Assembly: GCA_023920165.1 (NCBI GenBank)
Contig: CP089280.1
Location: forward strand, 2,418,001-2,482,000
DNA: 64,000 bases
Direction of reading: 5' to 3'
Source: Curvularia clavata
Lineage: Eukaryota
Positions 1 through 12,610 of this stretch are shown one piece after another. Positions within the stretch are counted from its first letter, which is position 1; the number at the start of each line of letters is the position of its first letter. The translations under genes were made by a program, and so were the position numbers. Below the pieces are notes generated by a model. The model searched no databases. It saw only the letters and a list, made by a program, of their open reading frames with translations, and had not been told where the DNA came from.

Positions 1-1652
1 CCTTGGTGAGAGTGTGTAAACCTGTGTACTAATATGTGGGTGTGGGTGTGGGTGTGAGTACAGGCAGGCAGCCAGCAAGCAAGCAAGCAAGCGACGGTGA
101 CAGCTCGGTGCTTACTTTTCCGCGTACAAGCTCATGTTGTGATGCATAGTGTGGTACGACTGCGCCGCAATTTTTTTTCTGCGTGGATCAAAGTGGCCGA
201 GGCTGGCTGGCAGTGTCGACTGACTAGGCGTGTGATTGTGAGTTACAGAGTCGTGGTTGTTGGTTGGTCATGGCTGCGACAGTGCCAGGTGCCGGCTGTA
301 TCCGTCTGTGCAAAGCGCAGCAGGCATGGCGAGAGCAGCCAAGTGGCCGTTTTGATAAGGCACTTTGTCCATGGTCAATGGCAAAGTGGTATACTGGTTT
401 TGGCGAGCAGATGCAAGCCCCCTGACAGGATTGCTCATGGTTTGAACGACAGCGCAGCGCACAACCATGGCTGTGCCCGCGTTGGACCGCCGCCGATCAT
501 TCAGACGGGACGAAACCAGGGTTCTTTCTCGGCGCTTCGGCTGCATCTCATCAGCGCCCGCCCCGGGGATTTCTGCTTGTCGAACGGCATTGCTGTTTTG
601 GGCGTGGTCGCCGTGGGGTTGATGTTCCAGGGGGGCGGCCTAACGAGGGCCTGAGCTTGAGCAGAGTGCAGCGAGCATCTGTGGTGATGATCGGGACCGT
701 CGAGCAGCGTGCATGGCTGGCGATGCCATTGTGTGCAGCAGAGAGGGCCATGCCATGTCGCGCAAGGGGAGGGGACCCCAGAGTCGCGCGAGCAGCGCAG
801 GTCAGGCAGGTCCAGAGGGGCAGCTGGCATGGATTGTGTCGCCAGTGACATTGCGGGCAGTGAACGCGCGTATCGATGGGCATGGCTGCCGAGTAGGCAA
901 TAATGCCGTCGCGGTGGTGCAGCAGAGAGCCCACTGTGGCCGTGTTTCGATTAGCAGAGGGCAGGCATGGTTTCAAGGCGTACTGTGGTGTGGAGCACGG
1001 CGCTGGCCAAACGTTAAAGTGGTTCTTTTTTTTTCTTCTTCATATCTCGGCGCTGCCTAAGCCCGCCGTGGCGGCACATGAGGCCGGGCGTGGTGAGTAC
1101 CAATCTCCGCGTGCGCCCCCGCCGTTGGCTGTGTGACGCAGGCCGGCGGTGCATGCATGGCAGTGTGTATATGTACGGTACATGTGCATGTGAGTGTGAG
1201 GGAGCGAGAGTGGGTGGGAGCGAAAGTGGGGATGCTAAGGACATGGATGCGGACATGGGCAGGGCGAGTGTGGAGACACTGAGTGCACGTCGCGCAGTTG
1301 GCAGGGGCGACGTGGGTGGGCGCGATTTCTGGAAGGCGCTCGGCTAGCGTCTGGACCAATGGCGGCGCCGCCCCAGCGCCCACCCCAGATCGCGCTTGGA
1401 TTCCCAAGGCCAGCACAGTGGTTTGCCGGCTGCACGCGCGACCACGCAGGAGGCGCTGGGTTTACTGGCAATGTGGATGCGCTGAGCGGGTGCTGCACTC
1501 ATTCACCGTCTGCTGCACTGGCCTGGCCTGGCGCCAGCTTGGGTTGGCCCGCCCCGGCTGTATGCTGCTCTCCTGGCCGCCCTGATTGGCTGCAGCCCAG
1601 ATCCCGCCAAAACATGTCGTAGCATCCATCCATGATCCCATCTAATCCACCG

Positions 1653-1682
1653 CACCAGCACCAGCACCAGCACCAGCACCAA
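1653..1682. repeat. (CACCAG)n hexanucleotide microsatellite
   Basis: About 5 tandem CACCAG/CACCAA units. Other short tracts nearby: (GGTGTG)n ~38-55, (GCAA)n ~74-92, CA-rich 2023-2052. Confidence 0.9.
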
Positions 1683-2687
1683 CATCCAACCCAACCCTCG
1701 CTGTCCGCCTCTTCCATCCTTTCCGAAACTACTGCACCAACCAAACTCTGATGCTCGACGCCCCCATCCTGCCCCGTCGCGCCTGTCGCACGCCCGCCTG
1801 CACTGCTCACCGCGCTGGCCCACGGCCTGTCGTCGCCGGCCTTTGCCCCGTCGCCGGCCTGCTGCTGCTGCTGCTATGCCATCCCACGACACCATGTCGA
1901 CTGCCTCGAGCGCGGCTAAAACCATGACGCTGCGTGCCGAGCAAAAAGAGGGCGTCAAGACTTGACCAGGGCTAGCAGACCGCCCGGAGCCACCGCCCCC
2001 ATGCACAGCACACTCACGCCGCACACACACAGACACACCATACACACACACACGACACCTGAACCCCGCTGTCGAGTCCGGCTGAGTCGCACTGCAAAAA
2101 AGTCCCACCCCGGCCTAGTCGCACTACCGCACCTCGTCGTTTCCCTTGCCCTGCCTGTCTCGCCCACCCAGCCGGCCGTCGCCTGCTAGCTGCACGGATG
2201 CCCCGTCGCGCGCTGCGCCATGATACATGGCCCGCGGCTCTGATTTGGCCTCTCTCCAAGCGTTCCTTTTCGCTTGCCAGCCCATGTCGCCCGCCCATGG
2301 TGCCAGCCGTGCCACTGGCCCTAGTCGTCACAGCGCTCCCTCACACCGAGCCCATCCATCCTACCCTACGCACCCGTTCCCTGTCTGCATCTATCCCACT
2401 ATTACATAGTACTTGTTCGTGACGCTCCCTAGCCTAGCTTAGCCCTGCCACTCCTTGGTACAATGACTTTTGCCGCAACCATACCGTCTTCCAATTTCCC
2501 CATGCACCCATCCCCCCCATCTGTCTATATCTCTTGGCACGCCATATACCTATGCAGATTCCCCCCATCCGACGCTCTTGTCTTCAGACCAAGCAGTACA
2601 TCTTGACCAACACACCCGCCTGCTCTCCACTCACACTACATACAAATACTCTGGATAACAACACCACCTATCCAACCCCCCCGTTAC

Positions 2688-3725
2688 ATGACAACTTCGT
2701 CCCCATCCTACCATCCCGCTACCATGTCCGGCCACATGCAACCAACACAACTACATCGCCGCACCTCGCGTGGCTCGGCCAGCCAAGCAGGATGCCGTTC
2801 ATCACGTATTGAAAAGACGAAAAGCCACCATAACAGCCCAAAGGCCATGGAGAGACGGAAGACGACTTCAGAAACCAAGCTATATGCTACCCTCGACGAC
2901 CACTACCGGATGATGTTTGGTGTGGATCCTGAAGAGGAGGAGCGACCCCAATCAACCCGACCCGTGAGCTGGCATCCTGCATCGTCACAGTTCCAGACAT
3001 CACAGCAACAACAAACAAACTACTTTGAGCCTATGCCACCACAACAGTGGCGCCAAAACTACTCTCCCTCTCGAGATTCATGCCATGGTTCCGACTACTA
3101 CTCCCTCTCGACACGCAACTCGATGCTCGAGACCAGGACCAGTGCCTTCTCCTCCTCAGAGTATGGCTGGCAAAGTACCTCTCAGCAAAATTCCGGCTAT
3201 GTCAACTCTTGCATGAACACACCCACCTCGGAGCCTCTCCCATGGTACCTGCAGCAATGGGCACAGAAGAACCAAGCACAGGCCTTTGACTCTCAAGACT
3301 CTGCCCCAGTCCAGCAAGACCAGGACATGGAGGACGAAGAGGAAGGCGAGAAGCTTGTTGCCCTGGGCCTCTACGATGCTCCCGAGCCCTCGCTGACCTG
3401 GGGTACCCTGACCGAGGGTACCGGAAAAGGCCTCAAGCTCGAGGAGACTTGGCAACCACCCGAGGAAGATGAAGAGGACCACGACGACGATGACGCAAGC
3501 TCCGAAGCCAGTGTCGAAGAGCCCTCTCCGCCTCTGCCGGTGGTGCATGAGCCGGTCCAGCACATGCCGGTTCACGTCAAGTCGCAGACACCCAACAGCA
3601 TGGAGGGTCAGAGCTTCTTCTTTGACGACGATGAGTCCGTGTCCAAGGAGTGGTGGTTTCAACAGGTTAAACAACCATCCATGCAAGCGCGGGACGCTGC
3701 ACTAGGATACACTGGCTGGCTATAA
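2688..3725 (+). CDS. Conserved-looking hypothetical protein (345 aa; Q/S-rich, acidic, probably disordered)
   Basis: Long ATG-initiated ORF with coding-like composition and motif-like islands (RPVSWHP, LVALGLYD, TGKGLKLEETWQPP). An upstream exon cannot be excluded. Confidence 0.75.
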   Translation: MTTSSPSYHPATMSGHMQPTQLHRRTSRGSASQAGCRSSRIEKTKSHHNSPKAMERRKTTSETKLYATLDDHYRMMFGVDPEEEERPQSTRPVSWHPASSQFQTSQQQQTNYFEPMPPQQWRQNYSPSRDSCHGSDYYSLSTRNSMLETRTSAFSSSEYGWQSTSQQNSGYVNSCMNTPTSEPLPWYLQQWAQKNQAQAFDSQDSAPVQQDQDMEDEEEGEKLVALGLYDAPEPSLTWGTLTEGTGKGLKLEETWQPPEEDEEDHDDDDASSEASVEEPSPPLPVVHEPVQHMPVHVKSQTPNSMEGQSFFFDDDESVSKEWWFQQVKQPSMQARDAALGYTGWL

Positions 3726-5114
3726 GCAGTTGCCGCTTCACCTTGTATATTTTTAGCTTTACACTTTTTTACATCTTTAGCACAGCATCGGCGTTTTTGT
3801 AGTGGTCCCGATTGGGACCCGGAAAAGACTAGTAGACAACGAGCAATCGTGAGAGCGAGCGAGGAGAAAGAGATACCCCCAGCCTTCGCAGGCAAGAGAG
3901 CTAGTGTTAGCATCATCGCTCACCCAGAGGTCAGATGAAGATGGATGTAGTAGTGTACATACACAGTAGTATAGTAGTAGTAGTGTAGTATAGTAGCATT
4001 GCAGTCAGCGTGCTGCAACCAATCCAGAGCACATGACATCACTAGCCCGACTCGGTTCCACCAATAGCAGTGTCCAGGTGACGAGTGTCGGATGAGGCTC
4101 TCTAGCCAACCAGAGAAGCGCTAGCTAACCAGAACGGAAGGTGCCCCCAACATGTTATTAGGAAGGCACCGTTACCACGACTCTCCTCCGCCTGCTCCCT
4201 CGCCTCGCTTCGTCGCGCCCTCCATCGTCTGTCGCAGCCATGCACGCCAATCCTCCAAGTCATGATATTGCCCGTCCTGCACAGGCCTGGTCCTCGCTAC
4301 GGCATAAGCTTCTCCCACGCTTCTAGCCACGCTTGCTCAAACTTTGGGAAAACCCTACACGCTGGAACAAGTCACCTAGTTTGCGGCATGCGCCGACGCC
4401 AGGGTTGTTGGTCATTGCCCCAAAACCCACCTCAAGTCCGCCGGCCCAGCAAATGGCGCGTCGGTGACATGGCCCCGGCCGCATTTTCTTCAGGTCCCAA
4501 CGATGCAATTGTGTCACACTGGCCGGCAAAGGCCCGATGACCGTCCTCATCCGTCCCTCAGCCTCATCCGCGAAGCACTGACTAACACTCTCGACTCGCC
4601 TGACTAACCGCCGGCCAACTGACTGACTTGCCGACCGGCCGCCACCTCTTGGTCCGACCGCTTATATGCCGTCCTGCTGCTAGTCCCATCCGCTTGTTTG
4701 GGCTCTTCTTCTCCATCGCTCAATCTCGGCGAGACCCGCTTGAGTTGCCCTGTTGGCGCCTTTTTCACCACCCCCGCCCACATCTGCCACTGTCGGAGAC
4801 TAACCACGTAGCGCGCAATAACCTTCCAGACAACAAAGGTTCCAGAGTCTGGGGTGCCAAATATTGGGTCCTGTCACCCCCGGCTTTAACAGTACCCTGT
4901 TAGCTCATTGGCGTGATGTCCCACGATTGGCGCTAGCCTTCTCCAATCCGAGACGTTTCTTTTTCTTCTTTTTCCATCGTCCCATGCGAACGCGTTCTCA
5001 CGTGCCGCACATCTGTGTCGTAATTCAGCCGGCCAATCACAGCCCAGGCAGTCCTAAAGAGGTTTTTCTTGTACGCGCTGAGGCGTCGCGTCTAGAACAA
5101 GAGACATTATGCTC

Positions 5115-6730
5115 ATGGACCCAAATCCTCGATTTGTCGTGACAGCGTGGCGCCATAGCCATGAGCTGCTTCAGCTCCGCCACGACTTGTACAGCTCCGA
5201 AACGCTTACCAGAGAAAAGGCAGTCAACAAGGTGAGCTGACTCTGCTTGCTAGTCGGAGAATCATGTTTCTAAACCGACGTCTGGCGGTAGCGGTAAGCT
5301 GATGGTAGGTAGGTTTTTGCGTGGCGGCTGCGTAAGCCAGACGGCCTGCCTCTGTTGCTAGAATCGACAGCCGATATCGTTGATGTCATTCTTCAAGATG
5401 GGAGGGGCCAGTTGCAACACAATGCCCTGCGGCTGTTGTATGCTACAGCACTATCCAGGTAGGTTTCTTTCCGAAAGTCACATATCAGATTGGTCCATCC
5501 TGGTCCACGTTGCCGTATAGAGTCGCAATTTTGTCATGCCCATTATCCGAATCACTCCACATGCTCGTCTCAAAATTGCCCGGAACCAAACATTTGGAAT
5601 CGAGACGAGCAAACCATAAACCCGCACATGGGCCCATCTGACAACCCTATAGATTTGTAACCGGTCTAGCTGACACTCAGATTGACTTGACCCGTGACCG
5701 TCCCTCTTGGTTCCCCACTGGAAAGTCTCTCCAACTACCCCTCTCCTTGTTGGAAACACGGCATCGCATCGTCCACCGGCATCTTCCTTCGCTCGCGGAG
5801 CTGAAGCGCGCCGCCACTGAATCGCTCGAGTGGCTGTGGGAATGGTATTGGCGCCAGTTGGACTATGCCTTTCAAACCGGCGGTAGTGACGGCCACGATG
5901 ATGAGCTGGGTGTAGAGAGTAGGGTGGCAGTCAAGGAAAAGCTACAGGGTCTGTTGAAGTTGTATGTCAAGGAGAGGAAGAACGAGATCAAGCGGAGACG
6001 GGACCATAGCAAAGCAGCAGAAACTGCCTTGTCTACGTACAATCTGCACTTCTCGGTCAACTCGGCACCAACCCGGCGTGTGCTTCTTGAGCTTTTGATA
6101 GACGAGAAGATGATTCTCCCTTCAGACAAAAAGCTGGGAAGTTCCATGTCTGGCGCATTTCTCATCTGGACGCCTCTACTTGTCGCCTTCTGCATTTCCG
6201 ACGGGTCATGTACGCTGTCCGTTACATCACTCGTCAATCATCTGCTCGAGCAGCTCTCCGTCTCACGGACAAGCGGTAGTGCCGAAGCTGACGATCCCAT
6301 CAAGGAAGCTTTATACTCCTGGACCGTTCACATTCTCACCTCGGACGACTGGGCATCAGCAAGCCAAGTCTCGCTAGAGAAGATGCACCAAGACGTGCTT
6401 GCTCAGATCTTCTCATCGCCCTCGTTTTGGGGTCTCAAACTAGCCCAGACGCTACTGGATCAGAGAAGCGTGGCTAACGCTGATTCGTGGTATGCAGTCC
6501 TGGCCGCGGCAAGAGACGACGGGGATGGCAATAGGGAGATGCAGACACAGGATGCCATGGACATGGATGCCGAGGGTGTACACGAGGCAGCATTGCCTGT
6601 TAGGAATGCTGCAGCCACAGCGATGACAACGACGGACGAGGAAAAACTGCAGGGACCGGTAAAGGTACTGGGCATGTGGAAGCCTAGACCAATTGGGTGG
6701 CTGGCAGAGGGCTGGTCGGACGATGAATAA
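5115..6730 (+). CDS. LAS1: Las1 HEPN endoribonuclease (pre-rRNA ITS2 processing)
   Basis: Three exons assembled by eye: 5115-5231 (MDPNPRFVVTAWRHSHELLQLRHDLY..), 5313-5458 (VFAWRLR..LLESTA..LRLLYATALS), 5653-6730 (RFVTGLAD..RHRIVH..LPSL..LEWLWEWYW). These are Las1 family motifs including the HEPN RxxxxH. Confidence 0.88.
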
Positions 6731-7610
6731 AAGGATGACTGAATGAGTTTGAGGTTTTTCGGGACAGTGTTTCTCAGCCTCTTATACCCTTTTAAAAGTT
6801 TAGATCTGTCATATGAAAATAGACGGGCGGGAATAACGCTGGAGAATAAAACATTTAGACGAATCACGATGTTGTTTCTCTTTCTCCAAGTTCCGCATCA
6901 CATGTTGCCGACTTTTTCACCAGTGCCGGAAACGCCAGACCAAAAACTTGCATACATGTGTCGCAGAGAAGAAGCTTTGTAGCTATAGTGACGTTTGATT
7001 CTCCTATTTGTCCTGTTCCCCTGACTGTTAACCTTCGACGTTTTATCCAAGTACTCTTTAGACCTTCGTATCAAGTTATGCTATTGCCTACTCCCACACA
7101 CAAATCCCTCTCGTGAACTACCAAACTGAAGCAAAAAGCAAAGGAGAACCAGCCTAAACATATCTTCAGTTCTGCCCAAGGCATAACGGGACTATCTCAA
7201 AGACCTGTCAAAGCTAGAATAGTCACAGCTTTACCCAACTTCCCCTGAATCATCTACATAAGGGGCACTGAGAGCGGTTATCTCGATAGACATACAGAGC
7301 CACTGCTCTTTGGGTACTTGCATCGTTCCTGGGAGTACCCATATCACTTTTTTTTACAGTAATGTATGCTGCACCAATACACGATTGAGCTAGAAAACAT
7401 AAAGTCATCCCCTTTTTTCGCTTTTGAATTAAAAAAACAAGTTGCGAATAATATAGGTGACATAGAGTTCAGGGTTTGAACATTCACTCTCCTCTTTCTC
7501 TCTCTCTCTGCATCAATCATCATACACACCGGAATATTTCTTTCCGCTGACTTATAACTCTAACGACACATGATACCAATTACAAGAAATTTATACACAA
7601 AAGTTTCTTT

Positions 7611-8806
7611 TTACATCTTTGCCTTTACATCAGCGGGCAGAATGCGGTCTTCGACCATTCGCATGAGCTTGATCGTTTGCTCTGCGAGTGTGAGAGTGAG
7701 AATCTTTGCGTCAGAGTTAGCCATGTTCAGTCAAAAACAAATAGTGATGGATAGGTGAACGTACCGTATGCGGCAGAATTCTCGCCAAATGCGCAAAATA
7801 CCCCTTGTACAGTGCAAAGATACCCTCCGTCCTGACTGTACGCGAGAGACAATCAAATGCCGACGAGTACAAGTTGCCCGTCTGGTTGTACATGCGCGAC
7901 ATGATGGTGTCTGGAGGGTGCATAACGCAGCAAACCACAAAGCCGCTGGCGGTGCTACTCGCAATATGCAGCGGCATTCCCTCCTCCATGCCCAGATGCT
8001 TGACTAGCCGTCTCTTTGCGAAGAAATACGTAGGCAGCTGCACTGAGCTACCGAATCCTGTGCGCACCATGGCGGGTCCCACGCCGCGGTACAGACCCTT
8101 GATGCCCTCGGCGCTGTATATCTGACGCATGCCGTCAACCGCGTTGCGGTAGTGGTGTTGTGTCCCCACGGGCAAGAATGGCGAGTACGATTGTAATCTT
8201 GTCTTGACGAGGAAGAAGGGCGATCCGGCTGCGGCGCCGAGGACGCCAGATGATGCGCCTGCGAATAAGTTGATGCCGAAGGATTGCACGGCCGGGTCTT
8301 TGTACACGACGTTGGTGAGGGTTTTGCGGAGAGGCTCATAGAAGCCCAGACGGCAGCCGTTGAGCGTCATTTGATAGACATACTAGACTTGTGTCAATCA
8401 TACTGTACCGCTTGTTTTCTCACAAACTTCTGCATCAAACGTACTGCGCAACCCAGACCCCGGAGCAAGCCTCTTGGCCCCTCATTTTTCAGAATGACGC
8501 TGACGCCGTGGAAAACTCCCTTGTATAACCGCGGCGCATCGCTCTTGGCCTTGAGTTCTCCTTGTAATTGTAGTCTGGGCCACCGGTCAACGAGCCTGTC
8601 GCATGGGGTTTTGCTACTATGGAGCAAAATGTAATTGTGAAGCGCACCGGATCTTGACTGTTTCGAAGCCGTGAGTTACCGTCACGGCGCCACATGCTGC
8701 TATGCCGCCGGCTATGAAGGAACTGAGGGCCAAAGACGTTAGTTTTCTGTTTGTCGCACTCTGGCTCATCAACGGTAGATTTGGCTTACCCAAGGGTTGT
8801 AGACAT
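7611..8806 (-). CDS. OAC1: Mitochondrial carrier, oxaloacetate/sulfate carrier type
   Basis: Multi-exon: MSTTLG|SFIAGGIAACGAVTVTHGFETVKIR|LQLQGEL..; carrier signatures SPFFLVKTRLQ and HPPDTIMSRMYNQ; last exon ILTLTLAEQT..AKM-stop (TAA at 7611-7613). Confidence 0.9.
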
Positions 8807-9317
8807 GCTTCACCCTCTATGCGCCTGCGCAGCGCAAATGTAAGCCTCAGGCAGCGAGGTGGGCCTGCAAACGTATCGCCGCCGTTTACCGTTTACGGGT
8901 TTCCAATCCGTCGTCGTTGATCGCTTGGTAATGTACCGGTGTTCGCCGCACAATCCTGAATTCTTGAAACAAATACAGAGATCGCAGATTCGGGAAACAA
9001 AAAACGTCTCAGTGTAGGGGTCGGGTTCCTTGCAGTGTAGAGGAAAAAAAGGGTCAACGCAGATGCTCAGTAATTGTGAATAATGTCGAGGTCCGGTTTC
9101 GGCTCAAGGTCGGTTCGGCAGCTACGTAAGTCCGCTGGCGACCCACTTGTTTTACTTGCCATTCCATAATCCATCTCTGCTGCGCGCATTCCGCCGGCTC
9201 TAGTTTATTCCACGGTCGCGTCGCGTCAGCAACCCCCCACCCCAGTCCTGTTACGAATGGAGATGTGAAGGCACAGAAGACATTGGAGAGGAATTACAAG
9301 CTGCTCCCAATACTGCA

Positions 9318-10492
9318 ATGGCTGGGTCAGCAACGCCTGGCGGAGGGCCTCCTCCACCGCCTGCAGGCCCGCCGACACAAAAAGTGAGCGACGTCATAAC
9401 GAGCTTTCGGCCTCAAAGAGTGAGACTCCCTCCCAGTCATGAAGACGTGTACATGTGTACTCACACTCCCCGCAGCGCTTCAGATCCAGCGGCCAAGGCA
9501 CGTCCATTACCTCGCTCGACTTTGACGACTCGGGCGAGCTCGCCATTGTGGCGCGCGACGACGACACGCTCCAGATCTACAACTGTAAAGAAGGAAAGCA
9601 CGCCAAAGAGCTCAAGAGCCAAAAGTACGGCGTCCACCTTGCGCGCTTCAGCCACCATGCCCAGAGTATCATCTACGCCAGCACAAAGGTCGACGATACT
9701 ATTCGCTTCCTCTCCACGCACGACAACTCGTATATACGCTACTTCAAAGGTCACACCGACACGGTCACATCCATCTCGCTATGTCCGTCCAAAGACGAAT
9801 TTATCAGCTGCTCGAGGGACAACACGGTGCGCTTGTGGAACCTGCAGTCACCCAATTATGTCGGCTTGCTAAATCTACATTCGCCTTACCTCGCTGCGTA
9901 CGATCCTTCCGCGACCGTCATTGCCATTGCCTCGCCGCCTACGCAGTCTGTTCTGCTGTACGACATGCGCAACTACGACAAGCCGCCGTTTGCGACGTTT
10001 GATCTGCTCGAGCATGAGCAGCGCTTTATGGGAGGACAGAAGGTGGATTGGACCAAGATGGAGTTTAGCAACGACGGCAAGAGTCTGGTGGTGGCAACAA
10101 ATGGAAGCGGTCATTTTGTGCTCGACGCCTTTTCTGGTGACATTACACATTTCTGCTACCGCAAAGCTGGGTCGTCGGGACGTCTGCCACCAGCGGCATC
10201 CGTCACCAATGTCAGCGGCGCTGCACGAAACGGAGATACACCAGCAAATGGCCAAGGTGATGTGTGTCTCACACCAGACGGACAGTTTCTCATTGGTGGT
10301 AGCGGCGAGGATGGCCTATTAGTCTGGGACATATCCAAGCCTCCTACTCCAAACAACATTCTGGAGCCAATAGAGAAACTTCCGGGCCAGGGAAAAGGCG
10401 CGATTGTTGGATATAACCCAAGGACAAATCTGCTAGCGAGCGCAGACAAAGATCTGTACCTCTGGCAGCCCGACGCTGATTTGATGATTTGA
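9318..10492 (+). CDS. SWD2: WD40 protein Swd2/WDR82 (COMPASS and CPF subunit)
   Basis: One intron at ~9420-9476. SQKYGVHLARFSH, STKVDDTIRFLSTHDNSYIRYFKGH and LYDMRNYDKPPF are Swd2-typical. Divergent from OAC1 across ~510 bp. Confidence 0.92.
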
Positions 10493-12610
10493 GAGCAAGA
10501 ATACGAGTCAAGTACAAGGACCACCAATTGGGTAATTAGAGGAATGGATCTGAGTAAGAGAGGGAAATCTGAGTAAGAAAAAATACGCCCGCAGGATGAA
10601 GCGATAGTAGGGTGCAGTTTGCCCCCAGTTTACTGCCTCCGACAAGCGATATGGCAGAAAGCGGGATACGAGATGCGGCAGTTTTCTTGTGTCACATCCT
10701 GGTAGTCGGGAGACAATATTCGAACTGGCGGTACTTGAAGAGGAGAAGCACAAGATTTGCGAGGAAGACGGCAAATCAGCGAGATAGCGATAGAATCAAA
10801 CTCACCCATTCCGGGGCCATTCCAGCCATTCGCCAATGAATCAAAACACTCGTTCTTCTGATGACACGTGCCCGGTGGCGGATAACAGGTCCATGTCAAA
10901 AAGATCCGAGAAAGGATGGTGGAGATGTTTTCCGGACAGACAGCCACGTGAGATTGTCGGTGGCTCTGATTTGCTATTCACGGCAACCTTCCAGATCCGA
11001 GGGCCAAGAAGGACATGGGGTAGCCATCCCATTGGGGCTATTTCTCGTGTGAGACCTTTGCCAGCGATCGACTTGGATTGGCAAGCCGATTGACAAAGTG
11101 AGCACAAACGAGGCGACGAGCGAATCACGACCCCTGCTCCGGGCTTGAACGCTGCAGCGAGCGGCATCCGAAGTCGATGAAGCTGCGCTGCGCGGCTTGA
11201 AGGGCGCTCTCTTTTGCTCCACTCTGGTTGCTTTTTGTCGCTACACAGTGGGCAGAATTGTGGCACTGAGCATCGTAGTCATGTGCGGCGCTACCCAGGC
11301 TAAATGCTTGTCGTGCGTTGCACAGCGCTGAGCACTGATGATGACGAGCAGCTTGGGCTCCTCTGCATCGGGCCCCACCATAGGGGCATGTTGAGGTTGG
11401 ACAAATAAGAGCAGTAAGCGTGGGTTGGCTGACGAGGCGGGGTGCAGGACACAGTTTTACAAAAGGATCGAGTGTCTGGCGGAGACACACAACCAAGGCA
11501 GCGCCGCCCCCGGATTGTCTGCATCTGGATGGCTCGAATCGCTGGCGCCCGCAGACCCTGGCAGGCGACGAGGATCAAAACTGGGCCGGTCGCCGTGCTT
11601 TGTGGTGGTGATGGTGGGCGGTATTGGCTGCCGAGGTGCCGTTGTCATCTGGCTCGTCGCAGCCAGGATAGCCCGGGGCAATTGATGAGTGTGACGACGT
11701 GTTTTGCGAGCGGGCCTGGATGCGACGAGGCAGACGAGAGGAGTGAGGATGAAGGAATGGATTCACGGCCTGGGCTTATAGCCAAGGATTGGATGCGCCC
11801 CTGGACCCTGACGGTCGGCGCCCCATTCCAATGGCCGCCTTCTCTCTCCATTCTCTGCCCTCGACCTTGGTCTCTCGCCACACATCGACACACTGACAGG
11901 ACGGACCCATGCAAGGCCCTCGCATCCACCTGCGAGCGGCAGCCTCACATTTGGCCACAGAGTTTTCATGGGCCTTTCGAGCGAAGAAGCACCGTCCACT
12001 CAGTCGCAGAGGCGACACGTCCACGGCACTACTGGCGCACGCGAGCTGGGGTTCTCCGCATCTTGCCCATAGCGCTGGGTCATCCGCTCCTTGCCTGCAC
12101 TGTGCCTGTTAGCGGTATTACGACGCCCCTCTTCTTCTGCCTCTCCCCAACTCCCTCCTTCTCGCCGATTGCTTACTTTACTCGACGTTCTCGAATCTCT
12201 GCCGCTGCCTCAAACCGAAAATCCCTCACGGTGTAATCCCCTACGACGTGTGTGGACCATGTCAGTCCTGAACATGGTCTCATGATACATTGCCGTCTGC
12301 ACTCTGGTAGCTGCCGCCCACCAGGCCAAGCTAAGCCACGTCTATTCGTTAGCATTGCATCGCTCCCGTGGCTTCGTCCCGCACCGGCGAGCCATACCAG
12401 ACTTTACTATTGTCACTCTCGCCGTTCAAGAATGCCAATTTGCTTCCTTCATTGCATTTCCCCAACAAGACAGTGCATGAGGTTGGGCAACGGAGGATGA
12501 TGCGAGCCGGCCCTGAGCACGCACCATCGACTTCAATTCAACATTTTGGCTCTTGGTGTTCCGCCCAAAGCCGGAAGACTTTGCCATTTACCTTACTTCC
12601 ACCACCAGAC

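Noticed and set aside
97..2660. Many overlapping 60-200 aa ORFs
   Set aside because: Mostly non-ATG starts, R/A/C-rich composition typical of GC-rich non-coding DNA, and no recognisable motifs.
6750..6950. Weak similarity between AT-rich spacers at ~6750-6900 and ~24700-24780 (GTTTTTC..GGACAGT..), and a small hairpin at 24865-24893
   Set aside because: Matches are too short to distinguish from chance without an alignment statistic.
10500..12370. 264-aa ORF 11442-12236 and neighbours
   Set aside because: GTG start, no motifs and UTR/promoter-like composition; treated as the upstream region of the 12611 gene.
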